DNA from: an uncultured candidate division Zixibacteria bacterium
Lineage (GTDB): Bacteria > Zixibacteria > MSB-5A5 > GN15 > FEB-12
DNA: 64,000 nucleotides
Reading direction: 5' to 3'
Assembly: GCA_963664195.1 (NCBI GenBank)
Contig: OY760907.1
Coordinates: 1,728,001-1,792,000, forward strand
In this document: positions 40,801 to 49,824 of the stretch, one piece after another
Position numbering within the stretch: position 1 is the first letter of the stretch
Layout of the letters: each line of letters starts with the position of its first letter
Translations under genes and position numbers: made by a program
Notes under the pieces: model-generated
The model's input: the letters and a program-made list of their open reading frames with translations, nothing else
Database searches by the model: none
What the model was told of the DNA's origin: nothing

Positions 40801-40841
40801 TCGTAAGAGACATCGTTAACGAAGTTAAAAAGTGATTCCAT
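37812..40841 (-). CDS. BlaR1/MecR1-like M56 metallopeptidase with C-terminal helical repeats
   Basis: TM segments, LHELAHIRRYD, FFHP, ERELSCDE; Pro-rich linker; about 11 DSDYE-type repeats. Confidence 0.9.
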   Translation of the reverse strand: MESLFNFVNDVSYDGVGLALNGVWLGLLLTGLVWLSGRIARGTNAATRYAVWCTSMVVVVALPFLMGGSAFDFLRDDQTASDDRPRRSTAQRARLSHIEPVEVTNRPASGAAPETISAAAPSSGVEPRRSQGETSGDERSQIRSIGAVAVGMVPLALVCLWVFVSGWLVLRLWLAFQAMARIKCNASPLAFYELGRVGKMLESEKLKRPVTIATSAEIDRPVAAGLGKATILLPEELINELSEAEIEAVVLHELAHIRRYDDWALLCQKIVEAVLFFHPAVRWIGRQLDLERELSCDEMAMAQTGKPKEYYNCLTRLVQLTTGTGTSLVPGALTGKKQIFRRFERLLGKGYGRGPRVSRARLACALVMIGVTLVVAIQVAPVVAVPISPTTYSQLSQTVVSAFVTVEEEQKRSDPPVPRLAEESSWVRLPDAPGVPAVPDVPAVPSMPSVSWVPAVPDVPSVPSVPSAALNRLVLSSSDDLDQWAAFFDNDDERGGGPIRWFGNIIDDVSEGSFIRSTNDGGTTTTTWNEGRRKTSITIDGDVEFSDDDRSIKSLSEDGYLKLSEKVGGKRRKLEVEPLDNGRLDYGYYVNRKAVDFEDGGREWLAEILPEIIRHSGIGVEARVARFYKADGVDGVLAEIREIDSDWVKNLYFQTLIRNHDLNSEDFIGVLRAARRALDSDYEMAELLIGVAERAEADEELLAEFVEAVGALDSDYETRRVLSHMSLDKGVDDRTMIAVLEMAGRMDSDYEKAELLIGMAPYVDDNDELQQAYLKAIAGLDSDYETRRAMEGMSGRQKMSQSSLQNYILLIGDMDSDYEKAEMLIDLSDRTRGDKGLKYLVIDAAGSLDSDYEYHRVVTSQPYDCDTDQEYVIQLLDGVGQRNSSYEMAELLVDLSECAGKHPEARVAYLKALQGMDSDYETKRVLTELISSSDVDDRLVLDVLEVVARMDSDYEKKEVMAKLARYCRGNDELEKAFLDIVDGMSSEYDAQELYHKLYRRDRRDQTDEL

Positions 40842-40843
40842 CT

Positions 40844-41227
40844 CTACACCTGCTCACTTTCCTTAATCATCTTCTTGAGACGTTCAGCTTCTTCCGGACT
40901 CAGATCCTCATTCTCCAGTATGTTGAGCATCAGCAATTCGGGAGAGTCGTTGAAGAAACTCTGAACCATGTGCCGTACTGCTTTGCTTCGCGCCTGCTGA
41001 CGGGTCACCAGCGGGGAATAGACATGCGCACGGCCGTCTTTGGTGTGTTTCACATATCCCTTCTGCTCTAGAATGCGCATGGTCGTCAACACCGAATTGT
41101 AGGCGGGACGGTTCGAGGAGGGGAGACCTTCGACAATCTCGCTAACGGTAGCTTCCCCTTTGTCCCAGACGACATCCATAAGGCGTAGCTCTCCGTCGGT
41201 CAGGGTAGGAGCTTTTTTTCTGGCCAT
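40844..41227 (-). CDS. BlaI/MecI/CopY-family transcriptional repressor
   Basis: LTDGELRLMDVVW, AYNSVLTTMRILEQKGYV, GRAHVYSP; directly upstream of the M56 gene. Confidence 0.93.
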   Translation of the reverse strand: MARKKAPTLTDGELRLMDVVWDKGEATVSEIVEGLPSSNRPAYNSVLTTMRILEQKGYVKHTKDGRAHVYSPLVTRQQARSKAVRHMVQSFFNDSPELLMLNILENEDLSPEEAERLKKMIKESEQV

Positions 41228-41248
41228 AATGCCAAACCTCTCATTAGC

Positions 41249-41319
41249 TCTTAAACAATTAAGACTAGCAATACTACTGTATACGAGAGATTCTTGAAGA
41301 GTTCTACTAATTAATTAGT
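41249..41319. promoter_or_regulatory. Two palindromes, candidate BlaI operators
   Basis: TCTTAA-acaa-TTAAGA (41249-64) and ACTAA-ttaa-TTAGT (41306-19). Confidence 0.55.
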
Positions 41320-41462
41320 TTTTTGCGGTTTTTTGTCCTCTTCTCCAGTCCGCGTACGGGGGGGGACCCAAATCCCCCGCAAATTCATGGTGATTCCTGC
41401 AACCCGATGTTGTACATTGAGGGTATCAGACGATACCAGAATCAAATAACCGGGGACCAGGT

Positions 41463-41939
41463 ATGACCGAAAAACAGTGGAAAATCTATCTCTCCGGCGA
41501 GGTCCATTCCGACTGGCGCGAGAAACTGACTGCCACGACAGAAAAGTCCAACCTTCCGGTCACGTTCTTTTCACCGATTACTGATCACGATGCCTCCGAC
41601 AACTGCGGCGTCAGGATCCTCGGCGATGAAACAGAGCCGTTCTGGAAAGACCATCAGGGGGCCAGTCTCAACGCCATTCGCACCCGCACCTTGATAGCCG
41701 ACTCCGACCTCGTGATTGTCCGCTTTGGCGAGAAGTACCAGCAGTGGAATGCCGCTTTCGATGCCGGTTACGCTGCCGCCCTCGGTAAACCGCTGATCAT
41801 TCAGCACAGTCCGGAGCACATTCACGCCTTAAAAGAGATCGATGCCGCCGCGTTGGCCGTCGTCGAGACAGACGAAGGCGTAGCCAGCATTCTCAGGTAT
41901 GTAATCGCGGGCGAACTGCCTGCCGCGTCCGAACAATAA
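41463..41939 (+). CDS. ytoQ: YtoQ-family protein (nucleoside 2-deoxyribosyltransferase-like fold)
   Basis: IYLSGEVHSDWR, DHDASDNCG, NAIRT, RFGEKYQQWNAAFDAG, HALKEID. Confidence 0.85.
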   Translation: MTEKQWKIYLSGEVHSDWREKLTATTEKSNLPVTFFSPITDHDASDNCGVRILGDETEPFWKDHQGASLNAIRTRTLIADSDLVIVRFGEKYQQWNAAFDAGYAAALGKPLIIQHSPEHIHALKEIDAAALAVVETDEGVASILRYVIAGELPAASEQ

Positions 41940-41968
41940 ACAGCAAAGCCCAAACAAGAGATTACCGC

Positions 41969-42850
41969 ATGGCACCTAAAAAGAAAAACAACAACGACCA
42001 CAATTGGCTTTCCAAGTCATACAATAATTATGAATTCCTCAACAGCCCGGCCGCACGCACTATTCGCGTGATGTCCGAAATGGTTGAGCCGGCCGACCGC
42101 TTCCGCAAGCACAAAGTCTGGGATACGGTCGTTTTTTTCGGCTCGGCCCGTACACTGCCGATGCGCACCGCCCGCAAGAATCTTCGCGAAATCGAGAACC
42201 GCCTCAAAAAACAGTCCCGTAACAATCCCAAACTCACTGCCGCCCTTCGAAAGGCCAGTTGCGACGTTACCATGGCCCGCTACTACGAGGATGCCGTCAA
42301 GCTTGCCGAAAAACTGACGCGCTGGTTCATCGAACTCGAAGATCAGAACAAGCACTTCATGGTATGCACCGGAGGCGGCCCCGGCATCATGGAAGCCGCC
42401 AATCGGGGTGCCAAGAAAGCCGGCGGAAGATCGGTCGGTCTCAATATCGCCCTGCCGTTTGAACAGGACCCCAATCCGTATCAGACCCGCGAGCTGGCAA
42501 TCGAGTTCCATTACTTCTTCATCCGCAAGTTCTGGTTCTTCTATCTCGCCAAGGCACTCGTCGTATTTCCGGGCGGATTTGGTACTCTTGATGAGTTCTT
42601 CGAACTGCTCACCATCATCCAGACCGAGAAATCGAAAAAATATATGCCGGTAGTACTTTTTGGCTCTGAGTACTGGAACGAAGTTATCAACGTTGAAGCC
42701 ATGGCCAAATGGGGCACGATCTCCACGGATGATCTGAGACTTTTCAAAACTATGGATGACGTCGACGAAGCTTTCGATTACTTGAAAACCGAACTCGACA
42801 ACCATTATGTCAACGGCTCGGGTGCGATCAAACGAAAAGCGGCCAGGTGA
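41969..42850 (+). CDS. LOG-family (TIGR00730) nucleotide phosphoribohydrolase
   Basis: VFFGSAR, TGGGPGIMEAANRGA, FHYFFIRK, FPGGFGTLDE. Confidence 0.9.
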   Translation: MAPKKKNNNDHNWLSKSYNNYEFLNSPAARTIRVMSEMVEPADRFRKHKVWDTVVFFGSARTLPMRTARKNLREIENRLKKQSRNNPKLTAALRKASCDVTMARYYEDAVKLAEKLTRWFIELEDQNKHFMVCTGGGPGIMEAANRGAKKAGGRSVGLNIALPFEQDPNPYQTRELAIEFHYFFIRKFWFFYLAKALVVFPGGFGTLDEFFELLTIIQTEKSKKYMPVVLFGSEYWNEVINVEAMAKWGTISTDDLRLFKTMDDVDEAFDYLKTELDNHYVNGSGAIKRKAAR

Positions 42851-44598
42851 GCGAAAGCGTGTTTCTTCCCACCACGCGAAAAGAGCTTAAACAGCTCGGC
42901 TGGAAAAAGCTCGATGTCATCCTCGTTACTGGCGACGCCTATATCGACAGCCCGTACATCGGCACCTCAGTTATCGGGCGTGTGCTCACCGACGCCGGAT
43001 TCCGCGTGGGAGTGATCGCTCAGCCAAACGTCGACGCAGAGCAGGATATCACCCGTCTTGGCGAACCTACTCTGTTCTGGGGTGTCAGCGGTGGCTCAAT
43101 CGACTCCATGGTCGCCAACTACACGGCTACCAAGAAGAAGCGCAAATCGGACGACTACACGCCCGGCGGCAAAAACAGCCGGCGACCCGACCGTGCCGCT
43201 ATCGCCTATTCGAACCTGATCCGCCGACAGTTCAAACAAACCCGACCGATTGTCCTCGGCGGCGTCGAGGCCTCCCTCAGGCGAATAGCCCACTACGACT
43301 ACTGGTCCGACAGGATTCGCAAGTCAATACTCTTCGATGCCAAAGCCGATTACCTCGTTTACGGTATGGGGGAGAAGACGGTTGTCGAACTGGCTCGGAA
43401 ACTTCGCGATGAAGACTCGGTCTGTGACGTCAGAGGGCTGTGCTACATCGCCAAAGAAGCTCGATCGGACTACACTGAACTGCCCTCATTCGATGAAGTA
43501 TCCGGTGACACAAAAGCCTTCACCGCGATGTTCAAAACGTTCTACCAGAACAACGATCCGATCACCGCGGAAGGCCTCTGCCAGAAGCAAGACACTCGCT
43601 ACCTGATCCAGAACCCGCCATCGACGGCGATGTCACAGAGCGATCTCGACGAACTCCACGCCCTCCCGTTTACCTACGACGTTCACCCGTTTTACAAGAA
43701 CCAGGGTGAGGTCAAGGCGCTCGACACGATCCGCTTTTCGATCAACACGCATCGCGGCTGTTACGGTGAGTGCAATTTCTGCTCTATCGCCGTTCACCAG
43801 GGGCGCACCATTCAATGGCGCAGCGAGGATTCAATTCTGGAGGAAGCCCGCCGTCTCACCAAGCTCCCCGACTTCAAGGGCTACATCCACGATGTCGGCG
43901 GACCAACTGCCAACATGTACGGCTTCGAGTGCGCAAAAAAACTCACCGATGGAGCCTGTATAAACAAGCGGTGCCTGTATCCAAAAAAGTGCAAGGACCT
44001 CAAAATCGACCACAGTCCACAGACCCGCCTGCTGCAGAACCTTCGCAAAATACCCGGTATCAAGAAAGTGTTCGTGGCCTCCGGCGTTCGGTACGACATG
44101 GTTCTCGATGACCGTCAGCACGGGCTGCCATACATGAAAGAGCTGGTGGGGCATCACGTTTCCGGTCAGATGAAAATTGCACCGGAACACATGGCCGATC
44201 ACGTTCTCAAGAAGATGGGCAAGCCGATGCAACAATCTCTCGGCGACTTCACGGACCTCTTCAACGACCTGACCAAAAAGGCGGGCAAGCAGCAATTCCT
44301 GACCTATTATCTGATTGCCGCGCATCCGGGCTGCTCGCTCGAAGACATGCAGTCGCTAAAAACGTACACGCGGGAGAAACTGAAAATCCGCCCCGAGCAG
44401 GTACAGGTTTTTACACCGCTTCCCTCGACCTACTCCGCCCTGATGTACTATACCGAAACTGACCCGATCAGCGGTCGATCCCTGTTTGTCGAAAAAGACA
44501 TAAACCGCAAGCAGAAACAGAAGTCTGCGGTTACCGACAAATCGCCGGTTCAGCCGGTCTCGAAACCACGACGCCGACCCAGGAGGAAAAAACGATGA
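42847..44598 (+). CDS. ygiQ: YgiQ-family radical SAM protein
   Basis: LVTGDAYIDSP, DSMVANYT, RGCYGECNFC, DVGGPTANMY, YLIAAHPGC; GTG start overlapping the LOG stop. Confidence 0.9.
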   Translation: MSESVFLPTTRKELKQLGWKKLDVILVTGDAYIDSPYIGTSVIGRVLTDAGFRVGVIAQPNVDAEQDITRLGEPTLFWGVSGGSIDSMVANYTATKKKRKSDDYTPGGKNSRRPDRAAIAYSNLIRRQFKQTRPIVLGGVEASLRRIAHYDYWSDRIRKSILFDAKADYLVYGMGEKTVVELARKLRDEDSVCDVRGLCYIAKEARSDYTELPSFDEVSGDTKAFTAMFKTFYQNNDPITAEGLCQKQDTRYLIQNPPSTAMSQSDLDELHALPFTYDVHPFYKNQGEVKALDTIRFSINTHRGCYGECNFCSIAVHQGRTIQWRSEDSILEEARRLTKLPDFKGYIHDVGGPTANMYGFECAKKLTDGACINKRCLYPKKCKDLKIDHSPQTRLLQNLRKIPGIKKVFVASGVRYDMVLDDRQHGLPYMKELVGHHVSGQMKIAPEHMADHVLKKMGKPMQQSLGDFTDLFNDLTKKAGKQQFLTYYLIAAHPGCSLEDMQSLKTYTREKLKIRPEQVQVFTPLPSTYSALMYYTETDPISGRSLFVEKDINRKQKQKSAVTDKSPVQPVSKPRRRPRRKKR

Positions 44599-44831
44599 GC
44601 GATATCAAGATGACCGGCGAAATCAGAACCGACTACGATTGCGAAATCAAAGGCATCCCGGCCAAAGCCTACGGGGAAGCAGTGTTCAATATCGACGGCG
44701 AGGAACTTGTGATGGAAGTTAGCGTCGAGGACAAAGTTATCGTGGCCCTGATGGCCGGCGAAGAAGCCGTTTGGAAAGGCACCCTTGAGGGCCTCAAACA
44801 ACTCCTCCGAGGCGAAATCAAAGCACGCTAG
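44595..44831 (+). CDS. Small acidic hypothetical protein
   Basis: RBS aggagg; ATGA overlap with ygiQ. Confidence 0.7.
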   Translation: MSDIKMTGEIRTDYDCEIKGIPAKAYGEAVFNIDGEELVMEVSVEDKVIVALMAGEEAVWKGTLEGLKQLLRGEIKAR

Positions 44832-44926
44832 AGCTGGCCGCTTCTGAACCGGATTGACGGTAGATAGGAAAAAGCACCAAACGTGACGTGAACATAGACT
44901 ACCAATGTTTTAGGGGAGAACGAATT

Positions 44927-45421
44927 ATGAATCGCGATGGATTCTGGAAGATTATTGACCAGGCTCGGGAATCAGCAGACAGTATAGACGATCTTGCACC
45001 CAAGGTGCTGACTAAACTGAAGGAATTGAACGCGGAGGAAATCGTCTGTTTTGCACAGATAATGTCCGAACTGGTAGTTGAGTCTTATCGATGGGACCTG
45101 TGGGCAGTGGCCTATATCATCAATGGCGGTTGTGGAGATGACGGATTCGAATACTTTCGAGGATGGCTTCTGGCCCAGGGGCGGAAGCGTTTCGAGTCTG
45201 CACTCAACAATCCTGAGGATATTGGAGGGTGGGCGAAGCCAGGCGAATGTGAGTGCGAGGACATCTTGTACGTGGGATATGATGCCTATTCCGAAAAGAC
45301 CGGCGAGGACCTGCCAGCCGAGCGAATCAAGGTGCAGTATCCATCAGAGCCTTCAGGTGAACCTTGGGAGGAAGATCAATTGGAGCGGCTGTTTCCGAGG
45401 CTGCATGCTAAGTTCTCCTGA
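44927..45421 (+). CDS. DUF4240 domain protein
   Basis: FWKIID, LWAVAYIINGGCGDDGFEYFRGWLLAQG, FPRL; RBS ggggag. Confidence 0.85.
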   Translation: MNRDGFWKIIDQARESADSIDDLAPKVLTKLKELNAEEIVCFAQIMSELVVESYRWDLWAVAYIINGGCGDDGFEYFRGWLLAQGRKRFESALNNPEDIGGWAKPGECECEDILYVGYDAYSEKTGEDLPAERIKVQYPSEPSGEPWEEDQLERLFPRLHAKFS

Positions 45422-45433
45422 TTTTTAGCAACA

Positions 45434-45458
45434 GGTCGGGTCGGAATGTGGCCCGACC
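45434..45458. repeat. GTCGGG..CCCGAC hairpin (second REP-like family; relatives at 24560-24595, 37773-37809, 48431-48481)
   Basis: ggtcgggtc-ggaatgt-ggcccgacc. Confidence 0.5.
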
Positions 45459-45488
45459 TCTCGTACTTGAGCCCCGGAGTAAAACACA

Positions 45489-46028
45489 ATGCAAACCTAC
45501 ACAGTCCCCAAACCACTCGTAGCCGATCCGGGCTTCTCCGTCAAACGCATCAAAGCCCTGAACGGCCTCGACCTCAGCATGATCGACACCCCCATTGTCG
45601 ACATCATCGAGTCCTTCACCAAAATCACGCACTGCTACACGCTACAATGTTGCTGGGGGCATTTCGTCCACGACGGCCAACCCGAACGTGAAGGCCTCGA
45701 GCCGCTCGCCCACTACAACGACAACACCGAGGTCGAGTACCGCATTGCCTACATAGCTTTTCACATTGAAAACAGCAAGAACGGAGAAGACCTGATAGAA
45801 GACCTGAGTGCACTCCAGAATCTCGACCCGCAAAACATCCAATTCTGTTGCGCCGACTGGTTCTGGAACCAACAGGTGAACACGTACGCGATTCAGGTCG
45901 AACCCGACCGCTTCAAAAAGCAAGACACCGCGATGCTTTGCATTGCCGAAGCTCTATACATCGAAAAACTGCGCAAGCAGTTCTTTGATCGCCTGAGGGA
46001 TATCCTTCCACGGCACCAGCTCTTGTAG
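45489..46028 (+). CDS. Hypothetical protein with TLQCCWGH motif
   Basis: RBS ggag; coding-like composition; no confident family. Confidence 0.7.
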   Translation: MQTYTVPKPLVADPGFSVKRIKALNGLDLSMIDTPIVDIIESFTKITHCYTLQCCWGHFVHDGQPEREGLEPLAHYNDNTEVEYRIAYIAFHIENSKNGEDLIEDLSALQNLDPQNIQFCCADWFWNQQVNTYAIQVEPDRFKKQDTAMLCIAEALYIEKLRKQFFDRLRDILPRHQLL

Positions 46029-46144
46029 GGCAGAACCCGGTCATGCGCAAACGCCCATTGACTATATATGACGAAGCGGTTCTGCCACATCTGTTCCGGC
46101 GGTTTTTCAACGGGCACACGAGGGCGCGTGCCGCGCACGCAGAT

Positions 46145-47344
46145 TCAGAACACAACCTGGAACTGCGAGCGGACAATGACGTCCGCGTGAGAGTCCCGGT
46201 GGAATGTCCGCCGGATTACCCCGACATCGTTTTGCCACTGCACTGATGATCCGTGCAACTGAGAGTTCACTCCCAGTGTGAACTCCATCTCCGTCTCGGC
46301 CTGACCGGAGGGAAGTCGGGCTACCAGTTCATCCTCGAAATGCACAATTGCATACCGCGCCGCAATACTGCGCGAATCCGAAACCGGCCATGACGCCTGC
46401 AACAGCCCTCCCAGAGCGGCAAGTCTGGTGTCCAACAGCCGTGCGAACCCGGCGTATCCGATCGCCCGAATCGCCAGTCCGCTACTCTCAATCTGCAGTT
46501 CCGGCGCGATACGGGCTACAAAATCCTTCTGATTCTCCGCATCACAATCGTACGTTCCTGAAAGGTTTAGCAGATAGCTGAGATTACCGTTCGAAGCGTC
46601 GCTGTCGGGACCGTTTTTCTCACCCGAGGAGCCAAAACCAATACTTGCCACCAGCTCCGGGTGAAATTCCCCGCGCGGCCCCGGATTGGACAGGGCCGAG
46701 GGATTCAGGATACGTGCACCGTAGGCACGTGCCAGGCCGACCCCGTGCGAGGCTCGTGCGTTGGTCCCTGAGAACACGCCGAAGGCATACGTCAGCCCCG
46801 AGGAGCGTCGCCAGCCGTTGTGTACGGTCACGCCCATCTGACGCTCCGCCCCGAAACAGGTTGACACAATCGACCAGTCGGCGAATCCGAGTTGCGAAAA
46901 CGACTGCTGCCGGTAGCGCGTGAACGGAATCTTGTACTGACCGACACGGAACTGTACGCGTGAGTTCAAATGATAATCGAAATAGAAATCGATCAGTTCC
47001 GACGATCCCGGGGCCGCGCTCAATTGCGTCTTAAACGTTAGGTCGGGACCGAACAGGTCTCCGCTCAAAATGAAGCGAATCCGTCGAGCCTCCATCTCCA
47101 GAGACTCATCGCTGTTGCCGGCCCCGCCTGCATCGGTCGCGGTGAACTGGGTTCGCAACTGCCCGGCAAACCCGAATCGAATGTAGCTGGAGCTGTCGGC
47201 GCTGTAGACTACGATTGGGGGCAGCGACTGTTCTCTGTCGTCGGCATACGCCGAGATCGACAGGCCGCACAAACACAAACAGACAGCCGATACGAATGCA
47301 ATGACACTGTTGAACGACGCAGATGCGCACGTGCCGTGAACCAC
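46145..47344 (-). CDS. Outer-membrane porin (OprO/OprP-like)
   Basis: GTG start after ggagg; RRIRFILSG, RVGQYKIPF, ERQMGV; C-terminal Phe (RSQFQVVF). Confidence 0.75.
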   Translation of the reverse strand: MVHGTCASASFNSVIAFVSAVCLCLCGLSISAYADDREQSLPPIVVYSADSSSYIRFGFAGQLRTQFTATDAGGAGNSDESLEMEARRIRFILSGDLFGPDLTFKTQLSAAPGSSELIDFYFDYHLNSRVQFRVGQYKIPFTRYRQQSFSQLGFADWSIVSTCFGAERQMGVTVHNGWRRSSGLTYAFGVFSGTNARASHGVGLARAYGARILNPSALSNPGPRGEFHPELVASIGFGSSGEKNGPDSDASNGNLSYLLNLSGTYDCDAENQKDFVARIAPELQIESSGLAIRAIGYAGFARLLDTRLAALGGLLQASWPVSDSRSIAARYAIVHFEDELVARLPSGQAETEMEFTLGVNSQLHGSSVQWQNDVGVIRRTFHRDSHADVIVRSQFQVVF

Positions 47345-47520
47345 TATGTTTACCTCCAGAAAGTGGCGAATGACCTGCCGGTCGTGAGACGGGCAACGAC
47401 ACGGTCGACAATCCCGTCCGCTTTTCACGGCGTAAGATAAACGAATACGGTGCAAAAGAAAGGGCAAAGGAAGCGGGAGGTAAGATTGTGGCCCCACCTT
47501 TCAAGGCGCAAACAAGAGCC

Positions 47521-48348
47521 TCAACCCCATGCTTCCCGCACTTGACGAAGATCAGAGGTTGTCTCGACAACGATTTCGCGCGGCATGCCAAACTGCGTCA
47601 CGATTGCATCAACCAACTCGCGCTGATTTGTCAACCGACGCGCATGTGACTCAGTGGCTTGAGACTCAATCAGGGACAAACCCCTGATCGAAACCGTTCG
47701 CCCCGGATAAAACCGCACCATGAGCAATTCATTCATGAATGTCGACCGGTCCGTCAGCGAGTCGGCAATCGCTTCCTCGAAAAACTCAATCGATCTCGGC
47801 GTGGGTTTCGCACGGTAACCGTGGACCTGCTTGCCATATCGGTGAAGTTCCATCGGTGAATGACCGTCTTCGTTCTGCCGTCGCAAGACATACCGATCCT
47901 GACCGAACACTACTTCGACATCCTCGTCCAGATCACGAGGAAGGGGCTGCGTGAAAGGTGCTGCGTAGCCGACATCTACGAGATACTCCCGTCCCTCAAG
48001 CTCCACTCTTATCCATGTGTGCACGTCGGGATCCTCCATGTCCGCGCCACAGAAAAACGCCTCATATCCGAGATGCATCAACAGCAGGTACAAGTAGTAG
48101 TTGTTCGCGTAGCAAGTTCCCCCGAAATGAAACCGCTCAATGCCATCGAGGTACGACTCGATATGTATGAGACTTTGCAGACCCGGTTGCTTGCGGTAGT
48201 GGAGTTTTGAAACGGTCTCAAAGGGAATTCGCATCAAATGGCAAGATACGACTTCGGACAACGCCTCAAGACTCGGTGCCTTGGGAACGATGCCGAGCAG
48301 GTGAATGTACTTCCGGGCAAGTTTCGGATCCAGGAATCGGATTGCCAT
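47521..48348 (-). CDS. Arylamine N-acetyltransferase family protein
   Basis: IPFET, GGTCY (Cys), VHTW (His), VDVGY (Asp) triad. Confidence 0.88.
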   Translation of the reverse strand: MAIRFLDPKLARKYIHLLGIVPKAPSLEALSEVVSCHLMRIPFETVSKLHYRKQPGLQSLIHIESYLDGIERFHFGGTCYANNYYLYLLLMHLGYEAFFCGADMEDPDVHTWIRVELEGREYLVDVGYAAPFTQPLPRDLDEDVEVVFGQDRYVLRRQNEDGHSPMELHRYGKQVHGYRAKPTPRSIEFFEEAIADSLTDRSTFMNELLMVRFYPGRTVSIRGLSLIESQATESHARRLTNQRELVDAIVTQFGMPREIVVETTSDLRQVREAWG

Positions 48349-48498
48349 GAAAACTGTTCACTCCGCGGCTGAGTTTGTTGCGCCCTATTCCTATGATACT
48401 CACAGTTCCCCTCGCAGGCAAGTCTTCACAGGTCGGGTTCCGAGGTGACCGTGCTACGGGCGGCGAGAAAACCCGACATCCTTGTGAGAACTCCCACT

Positions 48499-49821
48499 TC
48501 AATCCAACACCAACTCGCCCGTCAACTGGTCCAACTCCAATCTGGATATCCGCGCCTGAAACCTTGCCGCAATTAACGCCGACCGCGCTTGCATCAAACT
48601 CACCTGTGCATCCCGAAATTCAAGCGAACTCGTCGCGCCCAGGCGATACCGATCTTGCTGCAATTCGAGATTCTGCCTCGCCGCCTGCACGTTCTGTTCC
48701 TCCAGTGCCAGCAGTTCCATCTGTTTGCTATACGTGTCGTAAGTCTGCTTGACATTACCCGCCAGTCGATTGCGTGCGTCGCGAAACGCCAGCTTCTGAT
48801 TGTTGGCTTCAATCCGCGCATTCCGGTACGCGATATTGTCCCGGTTGCCGTTGAAGATATTGAACGTCAACGCCAGGCCAATCGTCGCATCCGTTGTTTC
48901 AGTCGTCTGGTCGCTGTACTGGCTGAGGTCGGGGGAGACTGTCCGATCCGTGTACCCGTAGTCGGCCGTCAGTGCGAGCTTCGGCATAAACGTCGAACGC
49001 GCAGACTTAACCGACTGATCTGCTACTGCAGCGCTCTGTTCAGACACTTTCAGCGAGGCGTTGTGATCGTGCGCCCGTTTCATCAGGTCGTTGTACGCAA
49101 GAGTCATGTCGGGAATCACGATGACCTCGCTCACCTGCAGCGGCGTCGCCGGATCCTGCCCCAGGGCCAGGTTCAACTCTTCCTGGGCGATCGCCACCGC
49201 CAACTGCTGATTGAGCAGGTTCGATTGATCACGGTTAAACGCAACCTGGGCGTTCAACAGATCGGTCGACGAAGCGCCGCCAAGTTCGTTGCGTACGCGT
49301 TCCTTGCTCAATCGAGCATCCGAGACATCCCGGGAGTCTTGGGCCACGTCCAGCAGTTGCTCCTGCTTCACCAGATTGAAATACGCCCGCGAAATGCCCA
49401 CCACGCTGCTCTCTATTGCGTTTCGTGCCTGGTACTCACCCAGTTTTGCCAGAGCATCATACCGGCTCTTGTTGGCGAACATCTGGAACCCGTCGAACAA
49501 CATCCAGTTTAGCGAAACCTTTGCACTCTTAACTTCGGTTTCCGTATCACCCATACTCGTTGCCGAGTTGGATTCCACGTCGGAATCAGTCAGCGAATAA
49601 CTGCCGTTTGCATTGAGCGCCGGAAGGAACCCGGCCGTGCCGAGTCCCTTGTTGTTGTCAGAAATCCTCGCGTTGTTGCGCGCGATCTGTATGTCAAAGT
49701 TGTTCTTCAGCCCGAGCGCAATTGCATCCTCGAGCGTCATATCCTGCGCGGCTGCAGTCGATGCCAGGAGTAGGAGGGCCAGCAGAAATCTTATCATCGG
49801 TTTCATCCTCAGTGTGTGCAT
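48499..49821 (-). CDS. TolC-family outer-membrane efflux protein
   Basis: Signal peptide, MTLEDAIALGLKNN, two OEP repeats. Confidence 0.92.
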   Translation of the reverse strand: MHTLRMKPMIRFLLALLLLASTAAAQDMTLEDAIALGLKNNFDIQIARNNARISDNNKGLGTAGFLPALNANGSYSLTDSDVESNSATSMGDTETEVKSAKVSLNWMLFDGFQMFANKSRYDALAKLGEYQARNAIESSVVGISRAYFNLVKQEQLLDVAQDSRDVSDARLSKERVRNELGGASSTDLLNAQVAFNRDQSNLLNQQLAVAIAQEELNLALGQDPATPLQVSEVIVIPDMTLAYNDLMKRAHDHNASLKVSEQSAAVADQSVKSARSTFMPKLALTADYGYTDRTVSPDLSQYSDQTTETTDATIGLALTFNIFNGNRDNIAYRNARIEANNQKLAFRDARNRLAGNVKQTYDTYSKQMELLALEEQNVQAARQNLELQQDRYRLGATSSLEFRDAQVSLMQARSALIAARFQARISRLELDQLTGELVLD

Positions 49822-49824
49822 AGT

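Noticed and set aside
44832..46028. Integron cassette or mobile-element origin for DUF4240 and its neighbour
   Set aside because: No attC core sites, integrase, transposase or target-site duplications are visible.
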